DNA of 64,000 bases, taken from the NCBI RefSeq assembly GCF_006345805.1, contig NC_043000.1, positions 6,262,001 to 6,326,000 of the forward strand, given 5' to 3'. Under the pieces are notes generated by a model that worked only from the letters and a program-made list of their open reading frames with translations, did no database searches and was not told the origin of the DNA. Positions 1-12,826 of the stretch are shown here, in pieces. Numbering within the stretch: position 1 is the first letter of the stretch; each line of letters begins with the position of its first letter. The position numbers were made by a program, and so were the translations under genes. The stretch comes from Octopus sinensis (taxonomy: Eukaryota).

Positions 1-149
1 ACGGTACCAAGGAAAGAATAATTTAGCAACCTTAGTGTAAAAAAAACCTATTCAATGTTAGGATAAAAAAATATATACACAGCTAATATTTAGACAAGAA
101 CCTTTACAATTTTCACTGATGAAATTGTAAAAATAGAATATATTATTCA

Positions 150-385
150 TTATATTCTTTGTAACAAACAGGATCTCATGAATTCTTTACTTTGAATACT
201 GTTTAGATCTTCAATATGAAGGCAAATAACCATATAAATAGATAACTCATTGAAATAGATCTTCCAACTTGGCTTTTCATTGATATAAACCAAATGGTTT
301 GGAAATTTATTTCCTGTCAGAGATTGTGTGTGTATGTCTGTGTATAAATGAATTCCCTGTGAGTGTGGCAGTATTGGCCTCACCG
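150..385 (-). CDS. Candidate last coding exon of unidentified minus-strand gene (AVRPILPHSQGIHLYTDIH...EFMRSCLLQRI*)
   Basis: Long open frame in non-repetitive DNA ending in TAA at 150-152; preceded on the minus strand by a pyrimidine-rich tract with AG acceptors at 387/386 and 398/397. The 385 start matches the phase-1 donor at 7272. Confidence 0.55.
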
Positions 386-733
386 CTATACAAAATCTAC
401 AAAAACAACAGCTATTAAAATCAGAATATTGAACATATTCCTTTTATCACTGTTAAGTAAGCTCAGACATCAAAAAAGGTAGACTGAAAACCTTGTTCTT
501 CAAAATATTTCTTCTGAACTTAAAATGGTTTCCTTCAACTACAGTTTTTGTTCCCTGCAGCAGTTACCTGACACCATTTTTTCTTATTACCAAATGAAGC
601 AGTAACTGGGCACAATAAATGCTTCCTTTTTATGTCCTTTCTGCTTTCTTGTTCTTCTTATGATTACCATCATAGCAAATTAGACACACTCCCTATTTTT
701 CCCCGCCACCCAACAGTGAATTCATCCATCCAT

Positions 734-736
<3 letters not shown>

Positions 737-790
<54 letters not shown>
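737..790. repeat. (GA)n microsatellite
   Basis: Direct reading. Confidence 0.95.
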
Positions 791-1490
791 AGTGAGGTGT
801 TTAATGTCTTTCCAGTTTCTCAAAAGCTCATTAAGTATGATATATTGTGAATAACCCTTATTTTATTAGTGGCCGGGCAATTCCTGCATTGAAAAGATTC
901 TAGGGAGCATACAAATGTTTGGTAAATAAGCCACTTCTACATTGAATTTAAGTGATTTTCTTTTCCTCTCTTCCATATCCATATCTCAATACTTGCAACA
1001 GACAAGCAAGTTACTGGAAATCATGACATGTGTGTGTGTGTGTGTGTGTGTACGCATATATATATATATATAGATAGATATACACACACAGATAAGTTGC
1101 TGTAAGGAGTATTTTTATAGTTCTGTAGCCTTCTAGCTATTCTCTGCTATTCAGTGGAGTTGAGAAGGATTAGTAATAGTAACTATACGGATGAAACAGA
1201 TTGAAAGAATCACAATAAGTAAAATATATATTTCATGCAGGTACAAGATTTGAAATTTCTGTAGGTCATTCAACTTACTAGAAATAACAATCAAATCACT
1301 CTCTTAAACCACACTGTACTGCTTTTAATAAACATGATATTGTGAAACTACACTGAATAACATAATATTAGACATCCATTAAAAGACAGGATTGTCATGG
1401 CTGGAGCAGTTTATGATCATAGGTATACTGAATTGGAGAAGACCAGAGGCTAAACAACAATACGATAGTTGAATTCATGACCGTATATGA

Positions 1491-1710
1491 CAGTGGTTCT
1501 CACCGTGGAGTTTGTGGATCCCAAGGGATCCACAGAAGTAGTATTGGAGTCTGTGAGTCATGTTGAAAATTTTAAAAGGCTGCAGTATAAAACATACAGT
1601 TGCTCAGATATGTTTTTCAAGTGAGAGATGAAATTGGGTAAAAGAGTTTCATGATTGTTAATGAAATAACATTACTGAGTAGGTAGACCTTCCAAAAGTT
1701 TGAGATCAGT
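1491..1710. mobile_element. Degenerate hAT-like MITE
   Basis: Begins CAGTGGTTCTCA and ends AAAGTTTGAGATCAGTG (imperfect TIR); a similar element lies at 54733-54975. Confidence 0.45.
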
Positions 1711-1999
1711 GGGAAAGTTCATTTAAAGAAAAAGAGTCCTTAGAAGTGTAAAGGCCAGGGACCACTGGTACATACAATAATTCAGTACCTTAATTACATA
1801 TTAATGTGATTAGAGATATTCACTGGGAGCCTTTTGGTTAATCACAGATAATGTTATCTAACAGCTTTTGCCACCAAAATCATTGGTTCCCCAAACATGC
1901 TTAGAATATTGATATTTCATCTGTGTAATGTTATCAGCAGGATGTTGTTACTCAAAAGAGACTGTAATAAACATTTAAGTCTAATAATAATTAAATATA

Positions 2000-2197
2000 A
2001 TAATAATTCCAAATTTTGGCATAAGGCCATCAATTCCTGGGGAGGGAGTATGTCAACTACATTGACCCCAGCGCTCAACTGGTGCTTATTTTATCAACCC
2101 CGAAAGGATGAAAGACAAAGTCAGCTTTGGTGGATAGCGTGTGAAATGCTGCTAAACATTTTGCCTGGTATGCTAATGATTCTGCCAGCTCACTGCC

Positions 2198-2253
<56 letters not shown>

Positions 2254-2690
2254 CATACTTTCTACTGAAGGTACAAGGCCTGAAATTTGAGGAGAGGGGA
2301 TTAGTTGATTACATTAACCCCAGTGTTTTACTGGTACTTAACTTATTGATCCCAAAAGGATGAAAGGCAAAGTTGACCTCGGCAGAATTTGGACTCAGAA
2401 CATAGCAAGAGATGAAATGCCACTAAGCATTTCACCCAGTGTGCTAATGATTCTGACAGCTCACCACCTTAATAATCACAACAATAATAATCCTTTCTAC
2501 TGTTAGCATGAGGCCTGGAATTTGTGGCGAGGGGCTATAGCCAATCACATCAACCCCAATACTTGACTGGTATGTAATTTATCAACCCTGGAAGGATGAA
2601 AGGCAAAGCAACTTTGGCAGAATTTGAATTCAGAATGTGAAGACGGATGAAATACTGCTAAGCATTTTGCCCGGTTTGCTAATGATTCTA
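2000..2690 (-). mobile_element. Three adjacent decayed tRNA-derived SINEs (family B, Meta-like core) separated by (AAT)n
   Basis: Repeated core ggtacttattt..atcgaccccgaaaggatgaaaggcaaagtcgacc; (AAT)n at 2201-2253. Confidence 0.8.
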
Positions 2691-2702
2691 TCTTAAATCA
2701 CA

Positions 2703-3090
2703 ATCATCATCATCATCGTTTAACATCCGCTTTCCATGCTGGCATGGGTTGGACGATTTGACTGAGGACTGGTGAACCAGATGAATGCACCAGACTCCAA
2801 TCTGATCTGGCAAAGTTTCTACAGCTGGATGCCCTTCCTAATGCCAACCACCCCGAGAGTGTAGTGGATGCTTTTACGTGCCACTGGCACAAGGGCTAGT
2901 CAGGCAGAACTGGCAATGGCCATGCTCAAATGGTGCTTTTTATGTGCCACCTGCACAGGAGCCAGTCCAGCGGCACTGGCAACGACCTCACACGAATGGT
3001 TTTTCACATGCCACCAGCACAAGTGCCAGTAAGGAGACACAGATAACGATAATGCTTGAATGGTGCTTTTTATATGCCACCGACACAGAG
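2703..3090 (-). mobile_element. RTE 3'-terminal fragment ending in (GAT)n
   Basis: Reverse complement matches the RTE terminus at 17330-17476. Further copies at about 5342-5620, 19460-19810, 24798-25205, 32400-32518, 36640-36790, 55700-56040 and 63660-63860. Confidence 0.8.
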
Positions 3091-3229
3091 GCCAATTTGT
3101 TGCTCTGAACAAAAAAAAATTAAAAAATGAACTTGGTTTATATAGTGCTCGGATTTTACACAGTATTCAGCTCATCAGAAAAAAGAATAAAATAGATGAC
3201 AGAATGCAACAATAAGTCATGTTAAGACG

Positions 3230-3700
3230 GACAACAATAGTAGCAAAAAGTGCATGCATACATAGTACATAGGAAAGAGAAAAAAAAATCCACAAAGAGG
3301 AAAAGGTGCACATCAGGAGTAGTATCAGCAAATTTCAGGAAGCACAGAATTTTTGAAGGATCAAGTGTTCTGACAGCTAAGAACTGTGCAGCTAGTTTAT
3401 TCAATGCTTCAACAACAGAAAGCAAGGGAAAAAAAAAAAAAAGATTTCTGAAAGTTATGGTTGCTGTGCTAAGTTTGTCTACAGGTGGTAATGATACTGA
3501 ATTCAAAGAGGTAGTTAAAGTTTTAGTTGGAAAGATGGTGAATAATTTTGTGGAATTCTATCAAATTAGCTGCTAGACATTGAGACTTTAGTGTGTCAAT
3601 GCCCAAGGAAGTAAAATGTTCAAAATATGGTAAGCTGGAGAATTCATTAAATTTTAGACAATCCACTACAGAAGCGTTCTTCATGTAATGTATCCAAGGA
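3230..3700 (-). mobile_element. Degenerate CR1/L2-group LINE 3' end
   Basis: Translates as LPYFEHFTSLGIDTLKSQCLAANLIEFHKIIHH...FR..FF..SVVEALNKL, resembling the CR1-type ORF2 C-terminus (LGL.SL..R...DLI..YKI / FF..RV..AWN.L). Confidence 0.65.
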
Positions 3701-3957
3701 AAAGTTATTTTGATGGACATCAGCCTATTCTTTCAAACTGTAAAATCATTAATCAAATTTATTATTACATTCCAGTGATATGTAAAAGACATCCAGTACA
3801 CTCTGCAGAATGGTCAACGTTAGGAAGAGCATCTAACTATAGAAACCAAAGGAAAATGGACCAGAGCCTGGTGCAGTTCTCTGGCTTAGCAATATCAGTC
3901 AAACCATCTAACCCTTGCCATCATGGAAAACAGGTATTAAATGATGATGAAGATGAA

Positions 3958-3989
<32 letters not shown>

Positions 3990-4899
3990 GGAGGAGGAGG
4001 AGGAGGAGGAGGAGGAACTTATTTATTCTACAAATCTTATTCCATTAAAATTCAAAGCTGGTTTCCATTACTGGTCTATAATACTGACATTTAGGTAAAT
4101 TAACTCCTAAAACATCCCATGGAACACTATACTGCACAAGACTGCATCAGTCAGCCATCCTGAAATGCAAGATATCACAAGGATTGTCCTAACTTTGCTT
4201 ACATTCATTTTGAGGGAAGGGAGAAAGAAATGTCAAACCTCTTCTATCGTTCATTTCTGTTCTCTAACAGAATCATTACAAAACTGTTTTTTCTTTTTTA
4301 CTCGAAAAATTTTGAACAGGATATTATAAGTTAAGGGCCATAGAGTTATGTGTTGCACCTAAAATTCAACAAAGCGCCTACGATAAATTTGAACTTTAGA
4401 CCTGTGGGCTAGTAATAAAGTATCTTATCCACTTCACCATTTCACCTTTACTTATTCACCTAGTATCACTTTCCTAGAACCAACATTTTGCCACTGAACT
4501 TTTCCAAGTTAGTCACTTTAATACAATGCAATATTTAACAATATTCTAATAACTCTGCAACATATCATATCAGATTTGAATATCACACACAATGCTCTTT
4601 TTTTGCTTCATTATGACACAAAGTTTTGCTAAATGTCTCCTATATTGCCGACAAGAATTATTACTATTACTTCTATAGACTACTGGATCTAATAACCTCA
4701 TCTTTAATGTATGTCTGTTGAATGAGATAATGGTAATAAGGATAATATTCTTTTTTTTATATACAAACATACACCCACGTCTGGCTGTCTCTGTCATTAT
4801 CAGTCACATTATATTATGTATGTGTATATGTATATACACATATGTACATCACACATACACACACACACAAGTATATATATGTATGCATGACTGTATGTT

Positions 4900-4943
<44 letters not shown>

Positions 4944-5131
4944 CATGGTTGTGTGGTAAGAAGTCTGTTACCCAAACACAGGATTCTGGGTTCAGTCTCA
5001 CTGTATGGGTCAGCTCTGTAGCACCAGGCTGACCAAATCTTTATGAGAGGATTAGGTAGATGGAAACTGAAAGAAGCCCATCGTATATAAATGTGTGTGT
5101 ATACATATACATGTATGTATGTATAATACAC

Positions 5132-5168
<37 letters not shown>

Positions 5169-5307
5169 AAAAGAATAAGAGTATGTGGTGTTCCATTAAA
5201 TAAGTTAAAAAACATAAATGAACAAACAAATGGAAAACAGACACAGAAGGTCACCAAATCTTCATCAGTTATTGGCCAGAGGGTCAAAAGCAATTTCACA
5301 CCTTCAA

Positions 5308-5345
<38 letters not shown>

Positions 5346-6799
5346 TCATCATCATCATCATCATTTAACGTCCGCTTTCCATGCTAGCATGGGTAGGACT
5401 GAGGACTGGCGAACCAGATGTCTGCACCAGGCTCCAATCTGATATGGCAGTGTTTCTACAGCTGGATGCCCTTCCTAACGCCAACCACTCCGAGAGTTTA
5501 GTGGGTGCTTTTACGTGCCACTGGCACGAGGGCTAGTCAGGTGGTACTGGCAACACCCACGCTCAAATGGTGTTTTTTACGTGCCACCTACACAGGAGCC
5601 AGTCCAGCGGGACTGGCAATGACACACATATCTACCAATATATATACATATATACATATACAGGTGGGTGTATGTGTCTGTGTGTACAGCATCTATAGAC
5701 AGAAGGAGAGAAGAGAAAGAAATAGAAAGTAAGGTAGAGGAATTGAAGGACATTATCATGTCTGTTATTCTAATAAGTATCATATTGATCATCATTCTAT
5801 TATCTTGGTCACTACTCTACTAAGTATTCTGCAACATATTAACACTTTCCTTGTTCTACAGCACGTACAGAGAAAGGTCACATATTATAAATAAAGTCAT
5901 TATGTAAAAAGTTTTACCAACATTGATCAGAATTCTTTATTAACATATTGGAAATATATATACATAAAAAAAAGATAGAAAGAAAATAGATTCTATATTC
6001 ATTTTCAACTCAAGGCAATGTGGACGTGCTAAAATATGGCTTCTGAATTATATACCGGTAATGACCCAACTTTCCAAGTTCTTTTACAGGGCTTAGAAAA
6101 ACTGAAGGGCTGCTGCAATTGTGTGAGAATGTGAGAGGGGAATATGTTGAATAAAATCACAATTAACTAATCCTCCTGTATTTTCTTTTATACAAAAATC
6201 AGGCCCTTTTCTGCACACCATCATACTTAACGATTCTCACATCACTACTTCAGCAACTACGATGCCGTCTGTCTCATTGAAGAGGTTTAATAAGACAGAA
6301 AAATGTCTGTGATTATCTCTCCTGCTTGCCGAATTAACTGTCATTGAGCTAGTTATGTACATACACATACACACACACACACAAACACAAGCATATATGG
6401 AAGAATATATATATTCTATCCATTTTTTGTTCCAGCCACTGGGCTGCAGTCACACAGGAGTAAGGCCTTGAAGGGTTAAGTCAAACAAATCAACTGCAGT
6501 AATCATTTTTTAAAGCTAAATACTTAATTTTATTAGTATCTTTTTGCTGAACAATTAAGTTATAGGAATGTAAACAAACTAACGCTAGTTGGCAAGCAGT
6601 GGTGGGGACAAACACAAAAACATGCACACACACACACACAATGGGCTTCTTTCAGTTTCTTTCTACTAAATTCACTTACTTGGCTTTGGTTAGCCCATGG
6701 CTATAGTAAAAGAGAAATTAATCAGTGTCATGAAGTGAGACTGAACCTGGAAGTTCCTGGGAAGCATAAAAAATGTGTATAATAGCTAAGGACCAGATT

Positions 6800-7150
6800 A
6801 GATAGCTAAAATCCATTATCAAGTGAAGGGAGACGAAATCCAGGTAAACAAAAGTTGGCTATAGGAAATGCAGTGGTCGAGTGAATGAAAGCAAAATGAA
6901 ATAAAAGGTGAGCAGGTGGTTGTTAAGGGCATCAAAGCACTTATAAATAAGTTCTACAGAAGTATAAATATAATTAAGAAGAGAAAGAGGAAAATCTGGG
7001 AAGTGAAAGTTCTTAGTGGTTCGTCATGGATAGGTAGATATACAAAAAGTTGGTTTGCTAATAATGCAGATGAGTGAGGGGAATATCTAAGCAGTCCTTT
7101 GTAATAGTTCTTTACAGATAAATATCTGGAGAGGAGTTCATACCTCACAG
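6800..7150 (-). mobile_element. Highly decayed LINE ORF2 3' end (CR1/Jockey-like group)
   Basis: Frame ..KNYYKGLLRYSPHSS..FVYLP..LRTFTSQIF resembles LINE C-terminal motifs; a similar relic lies at 8040-8330. Confidence 0.4.
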
Positions 7151-7271
7151 GTAAAAGAGAAGAGAATAAAAGTAATTTAGTATTCTTTATTTCTTGAATA
7201 CTAATGCTAGTGCTCCCACTCTGCTTATTACAGTCTATTTTGTTTTGGGCAACTGCAAAATATCCACGAAC

Positions 7272-7393
7272 CTATGTCAGCAATGGATAATAATTTCATT
7301 CTTCTACTATCTGCCCTTAAAATCCCAAGTGCTTCACATGTACCAAGAAGACAGTCCTTCTTATAACCCTGGAACATTGGCAGAACGGCCACT
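7272..7393 (-). CDS. Candidate internal exon (VAVLPMFQGYKKDCLLGTCEALGILRADSRRMKLLSIADI)
   Basis: aacttag| acceptor, 40 open codons with protein-like composition, ATAG|gttcgt donor. The phase link to the 8473 exon is unresolved. Confidence 0.45.
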
Positions 7394-8472
7394 CTAAGTT
7401 ATAACTGACACAATGAGATTTTGGGTTAAAACTATATTCAGTGAGAGAAGTTGAATACTTGACTTTTTCATTAGATAACAAGTAACATCATCATCACCCT
7501 CATCATTTAATGTCCATGTTGCAAACTGGTACGGGTTGGACAGTTTGACAGGATTTAACCCTTTAGCAATCAGATTATTCTGTCAATTGTAATGCTTATT
7601 AACTTATATTGTTTTGAATTAAACATGCATTTCCATGTAGCTTCAAGATTTCGATGATGCAATTGTTTATTTGTAAGAATGACATTATAGGGTCTGTGTG
7701 AGAGGCTGGATCTGACCAATTTGAACATAAAACAAGTGGAAGATTTCAGCCAGATATGGCTGGTTTAAATGCTAAAGGGTTAATGAGTATGAAGACTGCA
7801 TTGTGCTCCAGTTTCTGCTTTGGTATGGTTTCTATAGCTGGATACCTTTCCTATAGCCAACCACTTTACAGTGTGTACTGGGTGGGGTTTTTATTATGCC
7901 ACCAGTACTATTGAGGTTGCCACACAAATTGCAAGATGACAAACCTCAAAGGAAGTAGGGATCAGCTTTATGCTGATTAAAGTGGGATCAGAGAAAGTGG
8001 GATCAGAGCAGGTTCTTGTAGGGGATCTGCATAGCCACTCACATTTAGCAGGAGAAAGAGGGGGAAAGAGAAAAGAGAAATGATCAGTAAGAGTTAAAAA
8101 GAGATAGATAGAAGCAATGAGATGCCCACATGGCTCCACAAGGCACAAATTGAATAGAAGTAGATGGGTGTTTTGCAAGATTGTATGGGTAGCAGGAAAT
8201 GAGGGGATGGGGAGACTGACTGCAGCTGTAAAAATTGGGTAGGATTAAAGGATAGATGACCAATAAGCCATGAGTTAGGGAACAAAGAAGGATGCATAAA
8301 ATTAGTGGTATGATGCAAATAAAATCTTTCATTTAAAATATTGCAGTAGAGCCTGTATAAAATTTAGAAGTATTATGAGTTCAAAAAGTACATTTATATA
8401 ATACATTTTTATGCGGACAATATCGTTTTAATGGGCAATTATCAGTTACTCTGGAGTTACATCAAAACTCAC

Positions 8473-8594
8473 TACCCTTATCAGAATGATTATCTTTTAA
8501 CAAGTTACTGTTTGATTCAGAGACTTCAATACATTTGGGACTGTTTGAAGAATCATAAATTTTAAAATTACTATTAGAAATACTGTTTCTCTTA
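8473..8594 (-). CDS. Candidate internal exon, S/N-rich (KRNSISNSNFKIYDSSNSPKCIEVSESNSNLLKDNHSDKG)
   Basis: tgttgtag| acceptor, gtgagt donor, open frame; phase-2 start fits the end of exon 8990-9069. Confidence 0.4.
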
Positions 8595-8989
8595 CTACAA
8601 CATGAGATCAATTGACTGATCAATTGAATTTTTCTTCAATGAAAATTTATTGTGAGGGTGAGTTGGCAGAATAGTTAGTGTGCCAGACAAAATACTTAGC
8701 AGTATTTCTTTCTGAATTCTGTCAAGATGGTTTTAGCCTTTTAGCCTTTCACAGTTGATAAAATAAGTATCTTCTGAGCACTGAGGTTAACATAATTACC
8801 TTACCCACTCCCTCTAAAATTGCGGGCTTTCTGCCAAAAATCTGAAATCATTATTATTATCATAACTATTGTTGTTATTGTCATCTTAATCAACACTATT
8901 ATCACTGTTCAGTTTACAGTGATTAGATGTTGCTATTATAGCTGCCAAGTTAGGTGCAGCAGAGTAAAATAATTTGACAGTTGACTTAC

Positions 8990-9069
8990 TAAAATTTGGT
9001 GGTATTTATGCAAAGTGGAAAGTTATTTTTGAGAATTTTAAAGAATATCCCCAACAGAGATGTTTTAAC
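8990..9069 (-). CDS. Candidate internal exon (VKTSLLGIFFKILKNNFPLCINTTKF)
   Basis: Strong acceptor ccttccatatttcttacag| and strong donor |gtaagt; 80 nt, phase 0 to 2, open. Confidence 0.55.
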
Positions 9070-9181
9070 CTGTAAGAAATATGGAAGGTTATATCATGTT
9101 ATATTTCGTTTTCTGTTTTTCCTGTTACCATACATTGGTAGAGTATTGTGAGTTGAAATTCAATAAGCATAATTTATTTTA

Positions 9182-9398
9182 CTCTTTTACTCTTTTACTT
9201 GTTTCAGTCATTTGACTGCAGCCATGCTGGAGCACCGCCTTTAATCAAGCAACTTGACCCCGGGACTTATTCTTTGTAAGCCCAGTACTTATTCTGTCGG
9301 TCTCTTTTGCCGAACCGCTAAGTAACGGGGACATAAACACACTAGCATCGGTTGTCAAGCAATGCTAGGGGTACAAACACAAACACACATACAGACAC

Positions 9399-9435
<37 letters not shown>

Positions 9436-9599
9436 CGACAGGCTTCTTTCAGTTTCCGTCTACCAAATCCACTCAGAAGGCATTGGTCGGCCCGAGGCTA
9501 TAGCAGAAGACACTTGCCCAAGATGCCACGCAGTGGGACTGAACCCGGAACCATGTGGCTGGTTAGCAAGCTACTTACCACACAGCCACTCCTGCGCCT
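9182..9599 (-). mobile_element. Full-length tRNA-derived SINE (family A)
   Basis: Minus strand begins ggcgcaggagtggctgtgtggtaag with B-box-like ggttccgggttcagtccc, has an internal (TA)/(CA) tract and ends aagagtaaaagag. Near-complete copies at 17990-18385(-), 32518-32945(-), 38461-38920(-), 46485-46880(+), 47200-47570(+), 54430-54700(+) and 60330-60660(-). Confidence 0.9.
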
Positions 9600-10429
9600 A
9601 GATGATAGATATTAGGAGTTAATACTAAGAATTATCATTAGCATTATTAGATTCAGAGACCTTATTAATACATATTTTATCAATTCTTTCATTCATCCTA
9701 GTATTTCTGATAAGTTTCTGTCTGCTACTACAGTTATTGTTATGACTTGTTTTGAGTATTTGATGATTCTCATATTTTATTTTTATTCTTGGAAACATTA
9801 GTAATATTGATAGTTCTTGCTAGTGTATTAGTCTATGTTACTAATACCATCTTTTATTATTTGTTAGCACATTAACTTGTCTCAATACAGTGCTCTTGCA
9901 ATTATTACCAAATTTATCACTCTTCTTAGTTGGAGATTTCAAATAATAGTTATTATCTGAAAAACAGACATTCTTTTCTACTCTAGGTAAATGGCCCAAA
10001 ATTTTGGGGGAGGTGGGGCAGTCGATTAGATCAACTCCAGTACAAAACTGGTACTTAATTCATCGACTCTGAAAGGATGAAAGGCAAAGTCAACCTCGGT
10101 GGAATTTGAACTTAGAACACAAAGACAAACAAAATATCGCTAAGCATTTTGCCCGGCATGCTAAAGTTTCTGCCATTTCACCACCTTAATGATAATGATG
10201 GCAATAAAACTGACGATGGTGATGATGATGATCTTTAGTTATAGAAGTATTTCTATCCTTAAAAATCTTATATTCAACCTGAGCAATTGTATAAGTATTC
10301 TCAAAGATATTCTATTGGTTGAGTATAAGATTCAGTTTAATATTATAGATATATTTTATTTTTTTATCACACCCACTTTTCAATGAAACTTTATTACTAG
10401 CAGGACTTATGAATATTTCCTGGAATTAC

Positions 10430-10497
10430 TGGTAAACCTATTGGGTTATTTCTGAAATCTTTATCCCAAAAACCTGACAGTGTAGCCTGTGTCATGT
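10430..10497 (-). CDS. Candidate internal exon (DMTQATLSGFWDKDFRNNPIGLP)
   Basis: cttttgatacag| acceptor, CCA|gtaatt donor; phase 1 to 0 fits both neighbouring exons. Confidence 0.55.
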
Positions 10498-11691
10498 CTG
10501 TATCAAAAGATAGTCATTCATCTGCTAATCATAGAAAAGTGAAGGAAATTGGAATACGATGATTACTTAATGAACTTTCTATACTTTATGCATGATTTTA
10601 TAGACTTAATACACAGCACTTTCCCTCTGTCTCTCTCTCACTCTTTACCTTACCCTCTTTTAATCTCTCCCTTTTCTTTCGCTCTTCGCCTTTCCCTTCA
10701 ACTGATCACATGAAAAAAGTATTACAGACAGGCTAAGTAAGTAATGGAGGAAAAAACTTAGTTAAAAATGAAGTAATTACACATTTCACTCACCACCACC
10801 TCTCCACCCCTTCCCCATTTCTCTCCTTCCCTCCCACCTCTACACTGTGTCTTAGAGAAATACAAGATGGTTACCTGAGATCAAACATCACCAGTACCTT
10901 ATCTTTAATTCATTAAAAGTCAAAATATCTGATTATAAGTTTAATATTCCCCAGGTTATTAACTTCCATTTTATACAAATATTTACAATACACATATCTA
11001 TATTATATCTATTGAACCAATCAAAACATAGCAATATCCTAACCACCCAAACAACAAATATACATATACAGGAATAAGATGCCTGATGAAGATCAGAAAC
11101 AGATCAAAGAGATAAAAATGAAGTATTGATATGACTACTGTAAATATCCACTCTAAAGAGAGAATGTTCTGGGTTATTAATCCTAATATGGAATTCTAAT
11201 GTGATCACAAGATCACAAATTTTTAATATAGACATGAGGATACAAATTTATACAAATTTTTACTATGAGCACAAGTGCATAAATTTCCAATATGGACACA
11301 GGGGCATAAATTGTGTTCATATAAATGAACACAAAAGGCACACATTTTAGGGAAAGAGAGTATATGTGTGTGTGTGTGTGCATATGTATACATGCATATA
11401 TATACATATATACAGATACATGCATATATATATACATACATGAATATATACATAAAACTTGGATATGTTTTGACCAAAGATTGGTCCAGGCCATATCTAA
11501 CTTAATAGCACATACATATATGTATATATACATACATATATATATATATATATAATATATATATATATACCTACATATACAGATATGTATATATATATAC
11601 TTATATATATATATACTTACATATACAGATATGTATATATACATAATATATATATATATACATATATATATATAGATAGATAGATAAATAG

Positions 11692-11741
<50 letters not shown>

Positions 11742-11820
11742 ACAATAATTGTTTCTTGTCAGGAACAAAAAAGGTTTAATAGGACTGCAATAGAAGTGCT
11801 CTATTGGAAGAGACAAAAAT

Positions 11821-12826
11821 ATCAAACTAAAATCATTGAACAAGCAAATACAAAGTCAACCGCATGTCATTTCATAATTCGAACATATAATTATAGAATA
11901 AACATATAACCCGCAAGATGGAACAAAATTCATATGTACAGCACGTAATAATAATAATATGGTATGGTGCGAGAAAAATTCTTATCATTAAAACTTAGAA
12001 TTAATATTCTAGTGATTCAAAGAGAATACATTTATAAAAGGACGTAGAAAGTAAAATATAATATAAGTAATATATAAAAATATATAGGTATATAAAAATA
12101 TAGGCATATAAAAATATATAAAACATATATAAATATATATACATATAGGAGCATATAAAAAATATAATATATATACATATATCATGTAAATAAAGTAAAA
12201 TAAGGTTCATCGTTTAGAAATCTTAATCAGGTAAAGTAAGCCTTATATATAAGAAGGAAATCATGTTTACTTATCCCTATGGCCATTTTAGGGGTGTATT
12301 ATATTTAAAGCACTAGGGTGCATTCAGTGTTTTAAATATAATACACCCCTGAAATGGCCATAGGGATAAGTAATCATGATTTCCTTCTTATATATAAGGC
12401 TTACTTTACCTGATTAAGATTTCTAAACGATGAACCTTATTTTACTTTATTTACACGATATATGTATATATATTATATTTTTTATATGCTCCTATATGTA
12501 TATATATTTTATATATTTTTATATGCCTATATTTTTATATACCTATATATTTTTTATATGCCTATATTTTTATATATTACTTATATTATATTTTACTTTC
12601 TACGTCCTTTTATAAATGTATTTTCTTTGAATCACTAGAATATTAATTCTAAGTTTTAATGATAAGAATTTTTCTCGCACCATACCATATTATTATTATT
12701 ACGTGCTGTACATATGAATTTTGTTCCATCTTGCGGGTTATATGTTTATTCTATAATTAAATGTTCGAATTATGAAATGACATGCGGTTGACTTTGTATT
12801 TGCTTGTTCAATGATTTTAGTTTGAT
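11821..12826. repeat. ~1 kb near-perfect palindrome (arms 11821-12314 and 12326-12826, 11-nt loop)
   Basis: Arms are reverse complements along their length with only scattered substitutions and AT-tract length differences; the track shows mirror ORFs 12001..12210(-) and 12430..12615(+). Confidence 0.95.

Noticed and set aside
11082-11110. Hammerhead core CTGATGAAGATC..GATC
   Set aside because: The GAAA half of the core is mutated and there is no stem III or stem I.
11213-11843. Track ORFs rich in Y/I/C/V/M/H/T (also at 37545-38054, 4814-5299, 32689-33316)
   Set aside because: Translations of TA, CA and TATG microsatellites and SINE bodies.
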